A program made the position numbers and the translations under genes. A stretch of 64,000 nucleotides of DNA from Fimicolochytrium jonesii. Lineage: Eukaryota. The stretch is from assembly GCF_025526975.1 (NCBI RefSeq), contig NW_026515702.1:1-64000 (forward strand), read 5' to 3'. Within the stretch, counting starts at the first letter, position 1, and each line of letters opens with the position of its first letter. The notes beneath the pieces are model-generated. The model had not been told where the DNA came from. It worked only from the letters and a program-made list of their open reading frames with translations, and did no database searches. Of this stretch, positions 12,405 through 25,435 are shown piece after piece.

Positions 12405-13416
12405 CTATTTGTAGAACTTCTCTTCAAGGACAGCCATTGATTCCTCCGGGACGTAATGAAAGGATACAGGCGTCTCCATATCGCGCATCGCCGCTTCAGC
12501 CACTCCTTGACCTTCGGTAAAGTACTGGTAGTTGTGCCAGAAAAAGCTGGGATGTTCTATGGGCCATACTTTGAGCTTGTTTACAAGTGCCTCGCCCAAG
12601 GCGACATCACTGACTTGCTGATCCAAGCAATAATCCAGAACGGGTCCGTAGAGTTTCTGCAGCAACGTGCTTGATAGCAAGTACCCAGCACCTCCGGAAA
12701 GAAACCATGGCCACTGATTGCGCCACACGTATCCTACTCCAATATCTGCCGTGGGCTTGAACATGGCAGCTATTTCGGTCGCTCGTTCCACCTGCAGAAA
12801 GGTGTCATCGTCTGCGACCATCACATAATCGATTGCATCCAAATAGCATTCGATGATGTATTGAAATCCCAAGAACCACCTTTTCTGCGCAGCGATCCAT
12901 GCGTCTGGATACCCTGCCGGCTTCCCTTGAGGTTGTAGAGGCCCATCGTACTTGAGCCCGATCGTCCGATATTCTGGGTCATGAACGTCGCTTATGAACA
13001 CGAGATTTGCTGGATATTTCCCCCATGACTGTTCCCGCCCGGTGACGCGTGTCACGGTATGCCGACCCGGTTACCACCATGAACAGGATCCGCTGGGTCG
13101 CCGCCTGCGTGGTTGCAATCTTTGCCTTCTGTGACTCGGTGTAATTGAACATGTACGATGGATGCTGTGTGAGCTTGGAGAGCGGGATACATGTCCCAAA
13201 GCGGGACTGCCCCGGCGGGAATGTTGTACCAAGGCTTGACGAAAGTAACCCGCTTTTCGCTTCCGTTTGCGGCGGCGAATGCGCGACCGGGCAGTGGGGT
13301 AGGACTCGCTTGACCCACGCTTCCGGCCGTGCATATATGAACAGTAGAATGATTGCGACCAGGGTTAAGACCAGAAAAGAGCGCCGGCGGCTGATAGGAG
13401 TGCGTGTTACGGCCAT
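12405..13416 (-). pseudogene. GT31/Fringe-like glycosyltransferase with one frameshift near 13048 (pseudogene or assembly error)
   Basis: 5' ORF has a TM segment and ILFMVVTG..RDTR. 3' ORF continues VTGREQSW, VMVADDDTF, SGGAGYLLS, SDVALG, VSFHYV in another frame with no room for an intron. Confidence 0.7.
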
Positions 13417-13663
13417 GGCGGTCGGGTAGGATGGTCGAAGAGGGTTTCCGGGCGTTATTCGGTGTGGCTTTGATAGCTGGGTCACCCGCATATACAGGCC
13501 CAGAGAAGTAAACTAGATATAGAGATATCAAGCTTTGGACAGAGCGAGCGCGAGGCAGGTTGTTACTGAGGATTTGTTGATGGGCGCCTGAAGAAAAGGG
13601 AGTTCGACCATGGTCGTCCCGTCAGATTTGGCGGTTAACACAGACTAACTCTTTAACACACTC

Positions 13664-13834
13664 GGATTACATAATCGGAATACGCGCGTAGTTCACGCGA
13701 CGAGGCTAGAATCACAAAAAAACGCGTCTTTAGCACCAGGACAGTACTACTGCACTTGGCAGGGCCAAACCATTCCATCGATTACATAATCGCGAATAAG
13801 TACGCAGTTCTCGCGACGAGGCCAGCAAACGCGT
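13664..13834. repeat. Imperfect tandem duplication (period ~115 bp) in the GT31/GT77 divergent promoter
   Basis: GATTACATAATCG..CGCGACGAGGC..AAACGCGT occurs at ~13665-13727 and ~13780-13834. Confidence 0.8.
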
Positions 13835-13938
13835 GCTCCCAACCCACGCATTTACTCTTGCCTAGTACTAGGATTCCCTACGATCTACGATCTCGCAATT
13901 CTTAGACTCCTCAACCAACACTCTGTTCACCTCGCAAC

Positions 13939-15221
13939 ATGATCGCCAAGCGACCTAAATTCCTGCGGCCTTTTCCCACTCGCTGGCTGAGGACGAGCGC
14001 TGCTGTGTTGTTACTGTGCGTTATCTTTGTCATCTTCGCTCTAAAAACTCCGGGATATGTATTTCGCAGAAAGACTATCCCGGGGGGCAACGTTGAATTT
14101 CACCGGGCCGTTCGACAAGCGGTCGGTGTGTACGAAGACCTTGATGAGAGGGCCAAGGCGTTCAACGTTCCGCCACGTTCGTTGGCGGAATCAAAGGATC
14201 TTTTGTCGAACACAGTCGTTGTAGCTTCGACCAATATGGGCTTTATTGACTTCGCGTTCAACTGGGCTTGCATGGCAAAGAAGCTACAGCCGTACAAGTT
14301 CATAATTGTCAGTCAGGATCCGGAATCGAATGTATACCTGAAATCGAATACGCTCCTATCCACTTTCGATGGCGCCGCAATTGGAGTTGATTCCACTGCC
14401 GCTCAGTCGGCATGGCGCTCTCCGGCTTACAATCATATCGTCAAGATGAAAGTTCTCATTGTACGGCAGATACTCGAAATGGGTTATCATGTCTTGTTCT
14501 CGGACGTAGATATCGTATGGCTCGATGATCCGTTGAAATATTTCGTCGGGGACGTCGACTGGGAGTTCGAACCGAACGAGCTTGGTGATGACTTCCAACC
14601 AGGCAACACTGCCAATACCGGCTTTTACTGGATCAAGAGCAGTAAAAAAACCATTGACCTCATGAAGACCGTCGAAGTGGAGGCTGCGAAAGTTCCAGAC
14701 TTGGATGATCAGACAGTTTGGTCAATCCTGTTAAATGACTTCTGGCAAAACGGAACGTATGTGTACGTACCGGCAGCAGAGAAGAGCGCACAGGTTGGTA
14801 GCACATGAACATAAAATGCATCGCGCCATTTGTTTCCGACCTCGTCATTCATTTTGTTTTTCAGGATTACCTGCTGAAGCTCAACCGTAACGATGATCCG
14901 CTCACTTTTCGGCAGCTCAATTCCGTGCAGTTTCCGCCAGGGAATAAATACTTTGGGAAGCCCCGCGACGAATGGGAAGCGGAGTCCGCTCGAACCGGCC
15001 TAACAGCTGTTTTTGGACATATTACGTTCGTGATAGGCCACGATATCAAGATGCAGGCGCTGAAGGACAATGGGATGTGGTCGGTGAAGGATGGGGCCCT
15101 GGAAGAGGCAAAGGCATGGGTGGAAAATCGGAAGCAAAAGCTTGGAGATCGCTGGACAGAAATTGAGCAATTGAACCAAAATCGGGAGGAAGGTTTATTC
15201 TGCATGAAGCAAGGTCACTGA
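13939..15221 (+). CDS. GT77-like nucleotide-diphospho-sugar transferase; join(13939..14793,14865..15221)
   Basis: TM segment, FIDFAFNW, ILEMGYHVLFSDVDIVWLDDP, NTGFYW, DDQ. Phase-0 intron joins the two ORFs. Confidence 0.85.
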
Positions 15222-15540
15222 GGGCTGAGTATTGTAGTGATCAAAAATCATGCCTGAACGTGAGATGAAAACAGTGTTGCAATACATGAGTGTTCTTCGT
15301 TGTTCTTTTTCGCCGCCGTCATGCCTTTCCTTCATTGCCCGAGGCCGTTTCTGGGGCGTGAATGGCAAATATTCCCTCTGTAGCGTTGTTTCCGTCAACT
15401 ACTTGCCTCAGAAGAGGTATCTATGCCGGGTAAATTGCCGCCCTGATGAAATATGGATAATCAAGACTTGCCGACCTATGCATTGGTCATAGTAGTTGCG
15501 GGTGTATATTCATTTATCAAAAAGCAATCTTGGGAATAAA

Positions 15541-16968
15541 TCACTGTGTAGCAGCCAATTTCTTCGCAAAGTATTTAATCGTTTCCTGAAGCCCGTCCTG
15601 CAACAGGTAGCGGGGTTGCCATCCGACCTCCTTTCGAGCCCGTGTGATATCCGGCTGACGACGTTGCGGGTCATCCACCACCGCCGGAAGGCATCGGATC
15701 CCGACTTTCGTGTTAATGTTCTCTCGAATCATATCCCCAAGTTGCTTAACAGTGTATTCGTGGGGATTGCCCAGGTTGATGGGGTCCACGCAGTTGCCGC
15801 CCATGACAGCTATCAGCCCGGCGACAAGGTCAGGGACGTATTGAAAGCTTCGCGTCTGACTCCCATCTCCGTAGATGGTAATGTTGGTTCCGCGCAACGC
15901 CTGGATGATGAAGTTCGAAACAACTCGCCCGTCGTCGGGGTCCATACGCGGCCCGAATGTGTTGAAAATCCTAACCACGCGGACATCAACGTTCTGCGAT
16001 CCAGCGAAAGCGTAGGTAAGGGTCTCCGCAATGCGTTTGCCCTCGTCGTAGCATGCACGTGGACCAATCTGAAAATGAACCTCAATCAGCATCAGTAACT
16101 AGGCTTCAGTCCAAGCAATCACTCTTCTCAGGTAGCCGTACCGGATTGACGTTCCCTGAAAACGGGAAGATGTCAGACATGTCAACCCCAAATGAAGTTT
16201 ACGTGTGCTTACGTACCCCAATACGTCTCTTTCTGAGGATGCTCCAAAGGATCTCCATACACCTCTGCGGAGGATGACGAAAAAGTAAGACTTTACTGAT
16301 TTATAACATACGGTGCAAACATTATCTACCTGACGTAGATGCTAGAAGAAACCGCGCTCCCGTATCTTTTGCAAGCTTTAGCATATTCATGGTGCCTGTG
16401 GTACATGTATTGATTGTAAAGACGGGGTCGCGCTGATAGTGAGGCGGAGAGGCTGGGCAGGCCAGGTGGAAAATTTCGTCGACGTCGGCGATGAACGGCA
16501 CTACAGAATGAAAGCAGTTTGAGCAACGGGAGCAGGAAGATGAGGAAGATGTACATCTCTTCGTTAGGAAAGCGCTTCTATGCCATGTTCCTTACGTGCA
16601 ACGTCGTGGTCTACCAGCTGAAAATCCTTATACCCTTCCCAATGTGCAAGATTTTCCCGATTGCCGGTCACAAAATTGTCGAGGGCTATGACAGAATGCC
16701 CCATCAATAGTAATGCGTCAACCAAGTGCGAGCCAACGAAGCCGGCGCCACCAGTAACAAGGATACGTTTCGCCTTGCCAGGGGGCAGCTGCCGTATGTT
16801 AGGACGTAAGATTGCGATTGGGTCCGCTGCAGGAGGGAATGCGGAGAGCAGGTTGTAGACAGATTTTGCGAAGTCGGAAGAGTACTGTGAGTTGCTGATC
16901 GGTAGGACTTCTTCTCGGGACAGAATGTCTAACGACGGTTTGGATAGGACTGCCGAGGCGTTGAGCAT
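15541..16968 (-). CDS. UXS1: UDP-glucuronate decarboxylase (UDP-xylose synthase), multi-exon
   Basis: [29 protein letters not shown] across an intron, [40 protein letters not shown]. Exact start uncertain. Confidence 0.95.
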
Positions 16969-17362
16969 GGCTGCGTGGCAATAGTTCGATGTCGAGTTCC
17001 CACGGAACGTTTTGACCTTGGGATGTCTATGGGAGTCTCTGGCAGGAGGATCGTAACGATGCCATGCTCTTTAACAGAGTCGTTTCCATCATGCGACAAA
17101 AAAATGCACACCGTGTTGACCCGGTCCGGGCGCCATTGGGGAGGGTTGAACGTGTTTTGGTAAATGCCAATGCATAGCCGCTCCGCTTACCTAAGACGTG
17201 TTCTGACCGTCAGTCCGGCGCGTATGCCGTATGAAGAATAGGGCATCGAATGCCACCCTTGACTCTACCTCTGCAACACCCTCTCCGCCAAACTCGACTT
17301 GAACTGATCAGCAACACAACTAAGCATTTTCCACGCAGGAGGCACTATTCACAGTTGGCAAA

Positions 17363-19300
17363 ATGCTGCGTGTAGACAGGGAACCTTCATTGAATATCGC
17401 TTGTGTCGGCGCCGGATATGTCGGCAAGTAGTCAATGAGTTGTATTTTGTTGATTAAACTCTGCACCGGCACTCATTGCTCCTTTCATCCGTCTCTCCCG
17501 TTTTTCTTGATGTGTTGCAGGGGGCCCAACCTGCGCTGTAATAGCGCACAAGTGCGCCCACCACAGAGTTACAGTGGTTGATATTAGCGAAGAACGGATC
17601 GCAGCCTGGAACTCTGACGAGCTACCTATCTACGAAGCTGGACTCTCTGACATCGTGAAAGAGTGTAAAGGGCGGAACCTGTTCTTCTCCACTGATGTTG
17701 ACGGGGCAATCAACGAGGCAGATATCATTTTCCTCGCTGTGAACACTCCCACAAAAGCAAACGGTGTTGGGGCAGGGTTCGCTTCTGATTTGACGTAGGT
17801 TTGAGCTGACACGCGCCGCCTTATTGTGAAATTTGAACCATCTTTCTCGCGAGCGTGATTTGATGGAAACTCACGCCCTCCTGTCGCTGTCCGATCCGTC
17901 CTTTCCACCAGTTATCTAGAAGCCGCTGTTAGACGAGTCGTCAAAGTTGCCAGGCGATCGAAAATCCTTGTGGAAAAGTCAACTGTTCCGTGCCGGACAG
18001 CCGAGAGCATTGCCCAGGTTGCGGCGGCCAACGCTCGACCAGGGGTCCATTTTCAAGTTCTCTCCAACCCCGAGTTCCTCGCGGAAGGGACAGCCATTCA
18101 CGATCTTCTTCACCCTGATCGCATTCTGATTGGATGCATGCCTACCGAGGATGGTCTAAAGGCGCAAGAACTCTTGACCAATATCTATGCCAAATGGATT
18201 CCCCGGAAGAAAATTATCGGAATGCACCTGTGGTCGTCCGAATTGGCTAAGCTGGTAAGAAGATGTGGGCTTGTGTGAAACTGTGTTGTGATTGGAAGCA
18301 TTTGGCACCTGACCTGAGACTTCTTTTTGGCAGGCTGCCAACGCTTTGCTCGCTCAGCGGGTCTCGAGCATCAACGCCATCAGCGCCATCTGCGAAGCCG
18401 TAGGCGCCGACGTTGGCGAAGTCGCCACTGCCTGTGGACAGGATTCCCGCATTGGACCTCACTTCTTGACTGCTAGTGTTGGCTTTGGAGGAAGCTGTTT
18501 TCGCAAGGACATTCTGAATCTCGTATACCTCAGTAACGCTTTGAAGTTGCCCCAAGTTGCGAAATACTGGGAGCAGGTACGTCCAGATGGGGCCCGGTTT
18601 CTTAAGCCGCGTGGTGACGAGCAGAACTGGAGAACGACGATAATGTGGAGGAGACTGACCCTGTTTCAATCAAATTGTTGCTCAGGTTAATTTAATGAAC
18701 GAGTATCAACAGCATCGGTTTTCGAAGCGAATCTTGGCCGCCCTCTTCAACACTATCTCGGACAAACATATTGCTGTTCTCGGGTTCGCGTTCAAGAAGG
18801 GCACTAGTGATAGCCGGGAATCTCCAGCTATTAATGTGGTGTCAGATTTACTCTCGGAAGGCGCGAATATACGAATTCACGACTGCAAGGTGCCCAGCAA
18901 GCAAATCTTCCGAGACCTTGCTTGCTCTCTCGCAAATGGGCGCGGATCAGTTGGTAAGACGGCTGCCGGTGGCTTCTAGATATGAAACTGACCAATCGGG
19001 CTCACGGCTTTGTTAAACTCGTTACGTCACGTAGAAGTCTGTGAAACTCCATACCAGGCAGCCATGAATGCACATGCCCTGGTTATCTTAACGGATTGGG
19101 CCGATTACCAAACACTCGACTACAAAGCTATCTACTGCAGCATGAGCAAACCTGCGTACCTCTTCGACGGCCGTTCGATAGTTGACGAACAGGAAGTTCG
19201 ACAAATCGGTTTCGATGTGCACATCATTGGAAGGGCGCGTGAACGGTCTTTACCCAGGCTGTACCAGAACGTACTTGCTGATTCGCGAGCAGTCGTGTGA
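17363..19300 (+). CDS. UGD1: UDP-glucose 6-dehydrogenase, multi-exon
   Basis: [13 protein letters not shown] (across a GC-AG intron), [42 protein letters not shown]. Confidence 0.95.
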
Positions 19301-19914
19301 ATATACTATGCCCCGCGATATTCACAAACTGCTCTCAAGATCTGATCAGTATATCATCTTTGTAACTTGGACGTGAGAAGAGCAGAAGGGCCTTTGCACC
19401 ATACCCAGAGCTTCTCCAGCACCTTTCTCTTTTCCACATGGTCTCTTGGGGATTAGTTGCAACGCACCTAGCCGCTCTGCTTCACTACACATGTAACCCA
19501 GGTTGTTCAATAGAAAATCATCGCATCCTCTGATGAAGCGTAATTATCGCCTTGAGGTTCGCCCATGGCAAGATGTTGAAGGAAGCAGGGAAAAGCGGAT
19601 TGCCGGAGCTGGGAATGGGTAATGGGTTGCTCAGAGTGGCGCGCTAGCACAGAACGTTGTACATTGCTTATCTAATCGATCTGACATCCACCCGGCTGAG
19701 AAAATGGTCGCACACTCGCCTGACTGGTTGGGTCAGAGCTTGAGAGGCGAGTCGCGCTTACGTAACACGTGTTTTTCGGGTCCCCGCCGGGTACACGTCG
19801 ACCTCTCTCATCCCAGTGGACTGCCTTACAGACATTAGTGAACCAAAACTCTCGCCGCCTCTCAACAACTTTCGAAGCCATCGCTCCACTCTCGAGACAT
19901 TCATTGGCCGCATC

Positions 19915-21328
19915 ATGGTCGTAGCTAATCAGTTGGACCGCCATGGTCCCGCGGTATACATCTGGTACGCTTTGTCCCTCATAGGGCGGTGGGTCCTGCC
20001 GCTATGCATGCAAGGCTCACGTGGGGTCGATTTTGCCTCGTTAACAGCACCTGGATTTCTTTCTCAACCTGCGTGATCCTATTCAACAAGTACATTTTTA
20101 CATCTCTGGATTTCAGTGAGTTGACAGCCCTGTTCGATTCTCTTTGAACGACGGCACTCATGTCATCAGTACTGACCTGGATTTGATAGAGTTTCCTATT
20201 TTCCTTACTTTCTGGCATCTAGTGTTTGCCAGTATTGCCACAAGATGTCTTCGCAAATGGACACATCTATTAGACGATGTAGACGAAATCCAAATGACCC
20301 CTTCCCTCTATTGTCGAGGGATCGTCCCCATCGCAGTAGTATTCTGTGCCGCTCTCGTTACCTCAAATTACGCGTATCTCTACATCTCGGTTGCTTTCAT
20401 TCAAATGCTCAAGGTTGGTACCCGTGTACAAAAAGTTAGCCTCCTGGCGGGCTTCTTTCTAAAACGAGTTTTGCAGTCACTCACGCCGGTGATGGTTTTG
20501 GCTCTCGACTGGTCCATGAATGGCAACACAGTCGATAGGAAAACCTTACTCTATGTGTTTATCATCATGGCTGGAACCGTCATCGCTTCCTATGGCGAGT
20601 TGGAATTTGTCCTTTTGGGTGTCATACTACAACTCACGGCGGTCGCCGCCGAAGCATTGCGGTTGTTGTTAGTGGAAAAATTGCTCAATACCGCTATGAA
20701 AAAGAAAATGAATCCGCTGTCCAGCTTGTATTACTTTGCTCCGGTAAGCTGAATGCAAGGTCTACGAAGAGATGTACCGCACCCCCCCAATAGCGAGTAC
20801 CGACTCTCACCAATCATTTCGTTTCGTTCTACCGCAAACAGATATGCGCTCTACTGAACGGCATCGCATGTTATTTCTATGAAGGGTCTTCATTGACGAT
20901 GGTAGCAATCCACAATGTTGGACTGCATATATTGTTTCTCAACGGACTTGCGGCATTTGGGCTCAACGTGGCGGTCGTATTTTTGGTAAGCAACACGGAA
21001 CACCGCTTTAAGCCGTTCGTCACTTGGCCCTGTTTTTCTGAATGTTCCTCAACAGATTGGCAACGCTTCGGCTCTTATCCTTTGCGTATCGGGGGTTGTG
21101 AAGGACGTCATCATCGTCCTCTTATCCACCTTTCTGTGGAGCAAAACTTTAACAGCGATTGAGATTTCCGGATACTCCTTCGCCCTCCTGGGCGTTCTCC
21201 TGTTCAAGTCCAGGACTATGGCGCCTGAGAGGACAGTGCGCGAGTGGGGCCAAAAAGCGAAGGAGATGCTTGCAAGTTGGCGAGGACTGGAAATGGAGGA
21301 AAAACATTTGATGGACGTTAGGGTTTAG
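19915..21328 (+). CDS. TPT-family (SLC35/NST) Golgi transporter 1, multi-exon
   Basis: FPIFLTFWHL, YLYISVAFIQMLK, IASYGELEF, AEALRL, MNPLSSLYYFAP, SGVVKD; multiple TM segments. Confidence 0.9.
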
Positions 21329-21518
21329 GACCGGTTCAACTGCCAGAGGATGGGAATTCATGTATGAAGAGTTGATACCCATGAGTACATTGTGTAGGTT
21401 CGACCTCATCGCGCAAATAAACACCTATAAATGAAATTACCATGAAAACTAGACGTGGTGGCATTTATTTGTAACAGCACGGTGATTTGCGAGCAAGTTC
21501 ATATATTAAGGTTCAATT

Positions 21519-23002
21519 TCAATTCAAAGGCCTGTTGTGAGAGCGCCATAAAGTCCGGTTTGGCATCGCAAATGTATATAGACTATATGCCAATGCACCC
21601 CAATAAAAGGATGTCCTCTTGACAAGCGCCGACTCGTTTGCCGAGGCATGGAGGAGAAAGTGGATATTCGCCCGATATACGGTTTTCTGGTCTTGCTGAC
21701 AACGGTCAAATGTGTAGTCTGCTTCGATTTCAATTTGAGTATGACAGAGAGGGCTGAACGAAACCGACATTACGTACCCCTTGGGTGGAGCAAAAGTCAA
21801 CCAGGGTTGGTGGGGCAGGGAAATACCACCATTTACACAGCCAAATGTATTTTGCAGCAGGAAGACCGGTTGAAAGCCATATCCCTGGTCCGTGACCTGC
21901 AGAGCATCTTCTGGATAAATTCCCGCGACTCGCCAACCAGCGAACATCTTCGGCAGGCGAAGGGGACCGTAGATCCGATGTGCATTCCACTCCAATTTGT
22001 CGTGGCAGCATGGGAATCCGACGAATGCGAACCCGCCTGGCACGACCACAGTCAGCATCCTGGCCATCGTTTGTAAATCCCCAATAGGATTGAGAATGTC
22101 CCCATATCGGCCTAAACCATCGTGTTCTAGAGACGAATAGGTGAAGACGAAATCGTATTTCGGGATGGTTTCCTTCAATATTCCGGAGACGAATTCTTTC
22201 GGTGTAAAAGTGTCGATATTGGGATGATCCGTTTTGATTTCGCCGAACTCCAGCGTGCTGATGTGGCGGGCTCCATACTCAAGCAGGAGTGCTTCAAGCC
22301 ACGGGTTCTCGGACCCGATCACTAGACCTCGTTTCCCTCGAATCAAATGGCTTTGTGCGTCCATTGCTGCGTACACGTGTTCCATAACATAGTTGAACTT
22401 TGGTTTTCTTTCCCTAACTTCTCGCCTGTACTCATCGATCATTTGTTCGGTCCATTCCGATACGAGTGCGGATCCGCCCAAATACGCCTACGATGTGATT
22501 GTTGGTGAATTGCCCAAATTGGTAAGGACAGAGTCCGTCAAGGAAAAGGCCAACCTGGTCGAAGAAAAACTCAGACTCTGGTATCCTCCTATCAAGGGTG
22601 AATTGGTTGCGAAGAACAGCGGGGATCTCCTTTGGCGCGGGCCCGTAACGTGCTGGGGTCGACAGGAGTTACATATTTAGCTCTTCCTAGCAGTGAATGG
22701 GTGCGGATAATGAATCTCAACTCACCTGCATCTGGTCTCAGCCAGGCCTCTAGAAGCGGAAATTCCGGATGAAGTAAAGGCTGCAGACTTTTGGCAGATT
22801 CATGGAGATTCGCAGGCAGCCACTGACATTCCCGGTTTTCAGACGTAATGCTGTCGCTGGGAGGGTGTGTTGTTGAGATCCACTGCGGCATTGACTGATG
22901 AAACGAACCAGCAAACGCCTTGAACATGAAGAAAGTCGCCGCTACAGACACGAATAGGGGCAGGCTGGCGCGCAAGGAAGGAGCGGATACGTAGGCACGC
23001 AT
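21519..23002 (-). CDS. DUF268-like SAM methyltransferase, type II membrane, multi-exon
   Basis: TM exon, then GPAPKEIP..FT after splicing, RGLVIGSENPWLE, SSLEHDGLGRYGD, WNAHRIYG. 3' end approximate. Confidence 0.8.
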
Positions 23003-23765
23003 GATGGCTCTCCGATTCAGTTGGAGGCAGGATATGCGACGAGGGGGGGTGGGGTGGAACCTGCCTGCCTTTTATGCTCGGGAAAGTATGCGGTCTTGCC
23101 GAGGAACGCGTGTCACGTAATCAAATTACGGGTCTTACGCATTAGTTTGCGGATGCAACCCGACCCTTTCTGACCGGGCCTTCACCGTTCTGAAGACTGA
23201 ATCTATTTTAAAAAAAGTCCTCACGGGGGCGCCAATCAGCCTTCGTTCTCGTCATTCGTCAAGTCTTCATCGCCACATCACAGTTGAAGACGGTCTTCTC
23301 TATACTGCACAGTATATCTACATCTGAGCTTGCAAAATGGCCGCCGCGAAGGCAACCCTTACAACTGAAGAAATATGTATGCTTACGGACAGAGTTAACA
23401 TCTACGCCTTCAGCTCAGATCGACAGGATCAAGCTGTGCAGACCTGAGCTCAGCGCAGGATGTAACCGCTTTCCAAGGGCGATGGCAGCAACTCCCACCG
23501 CGGGGAGGAAATCCGACCATATGCAAACCGGGCGTACAGTACGCACCAGTTCGGCACTCTACGGCTTATCTTAGCCATTGCAGCCTCGCACGATCTCAAG
23601 TTCAATGGGGACCCTTGCATCTCGCTGTAGCAGGGGAACAGATATACTATTGTGAAGAGAAAGAGTCTCTAAGAGACTCTAAAGACAAGAAGATCACCGC
23701 GCTACAAAGCCACACTAGGAAGTACACTTGGGGAATGGGGAATAGCCCCCGACGAGACCGCAACA

Positions 23766-24965
23766 TTACAAGGAATCATTCTGAATACCAATTAAGTCCA
23801 TCATACCATCAATGCCACCGCCCTGAGTTATAAATGCTTCGTCCTCCTCTGACGGTAAAAGCCGGTGAGGAATAGGAACGAAGAGTGAATAGCCTAGTTG
23901 CCGGAGAGACTTGATATAGTCGAGGGGATCTTTGTTGTTTCGCCGTAAAAGTATGACGTTGATCTCTGTGGCGATGACTGTCGGGGGCATTTCGCGGAAC
24001 ATTTCAGAACCTCCCTCGATGAGATCCGGTTCATGCCCTTCCACGTCTATCTTCAGAAACCCCTGCACGTTTGAAGGAGAGGCAAGGTCAGGGCAGCCAA
24101 AGCGCAATTCAACCGGGTGCTATACATACGATTTGCCGCCGATTGAACTTTTCCTTCCACATGGTATCCATAGTCGTCACTTCAATCCGTTCTTTATTGT
24201 CGCAGACTGTGCTCACAGTCATTCCCCCCATGTTTCCCGTTCCATGTTCGGGAGATGTTTCCATGCAAAACGACCCAGTGTCGACCTTTGCACCGAAAGC
24301 ATACTTGTATACCATGAGATTCGTAAGCTCATTTAGCTCGCCGGAGCAAAGGAGCTTTTCACGGGTAGTCTTCGTAGGTTCGAATGCGTGAACTTCGAAG
24401 CCTAATTTTGCGAACACCTAAACCGAATGAGATAAGTTCAGTGGAAGTCCACTTCGACGATTTTCCTTTCGACGGTGTCGTTTTACCAAGGCATGCACGC
24501 CAACATTGGCCCCAGCATCCACATACAGCCCTTTCCGATCCCAGAGGCCAGCAGTCTTGACGGCATCTAAGTAAGCCCGTTGTAGTTTATCCTCATAAAG
24601 TCGGTTTTCGTTCCAAACTATATCTCCGATGATATCGTTTTCGTAAACCATAATCTATAGGAGAGGGCTAAGGACGAATCCATCGACTACATCACAGAAC
24701 ACTGCGATAATACCTTTACTCGCAATTCTCGGCCGAGACTAGAGTCCACTTCTTTAGCCTTGATCGGCATACTTAAGCGACTCCATACACAGCTATCCTC
24801 CGCGTTTTCTTTCGGACGGGCATAGACGCCGAAGCGTTGCAGCGCGTTCGTCATCGTCGAGGCCCCTGATCCATAATGAAACATTATGTATGCCACTAGT
24901 ATAGCACCAAGGAGGAGAACTGCAACCACGTTGGCCTTTCGGCGCGGGAGCGACACGAAAGTCAT
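23766..24965 (-). CDS. FkbM-family methyltransferase, type II membrane, 4 exons
   Basis: TM segment (VVAVLLLGAILVAYIM), YVDAGANVGVH, VHAFEP, FLKIDVEGHE. GT-AG introns join the ORFs in frame. Confidence 0.88.
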
Positions 24966-25435
24966 GATAGTGTTCGTTTGAAATGGGATGGTAGTGATAT
25001 CGACAAAAATATGTCTACGGCAAACACCTCGCAGAGTATTTATAAAGGGTAAATGGTTAGGCCGGCATCTCGCAGAGCACTCATGAAGAAAATTTCGGGC
25101 CATCTCCCACACAGGACCCAGGCATTACTTTGCTCGGCGTGGGCCTACTGTGTAGTTGGCCCGATCGGGACGCACGCAGAGGGGGCGGGCAACATTCCAT
25201 TCTCGCCCCCTCCCGCGTTGACGCGTAATGCCCATCCTCCCAAACAATAGCAACGCGTTTTTGAAGAGGGGAAACCACGCGTTTTGTCCTCTTCCATTTG
25301 GTCAAACGAACCTTGCTTGGAAAATATCTTCACGTTGCCGCCGCCTAGGTGGAGCGCAGCCCAAATACCGGTCGGCCAGGAAGTTGCTTGCCCGTCGTCG
25401 TCTTCCCTCCGCTGACCCAACCAAGGCACCATACG

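Noticed and set aside
22481..22740. Apparent frameshift between the two DUF268 ORFs
   Set aside because: Two GT-AG introns restore a continuous frame (DAARYGPAPKEIP..FFDQ/AYLGG).
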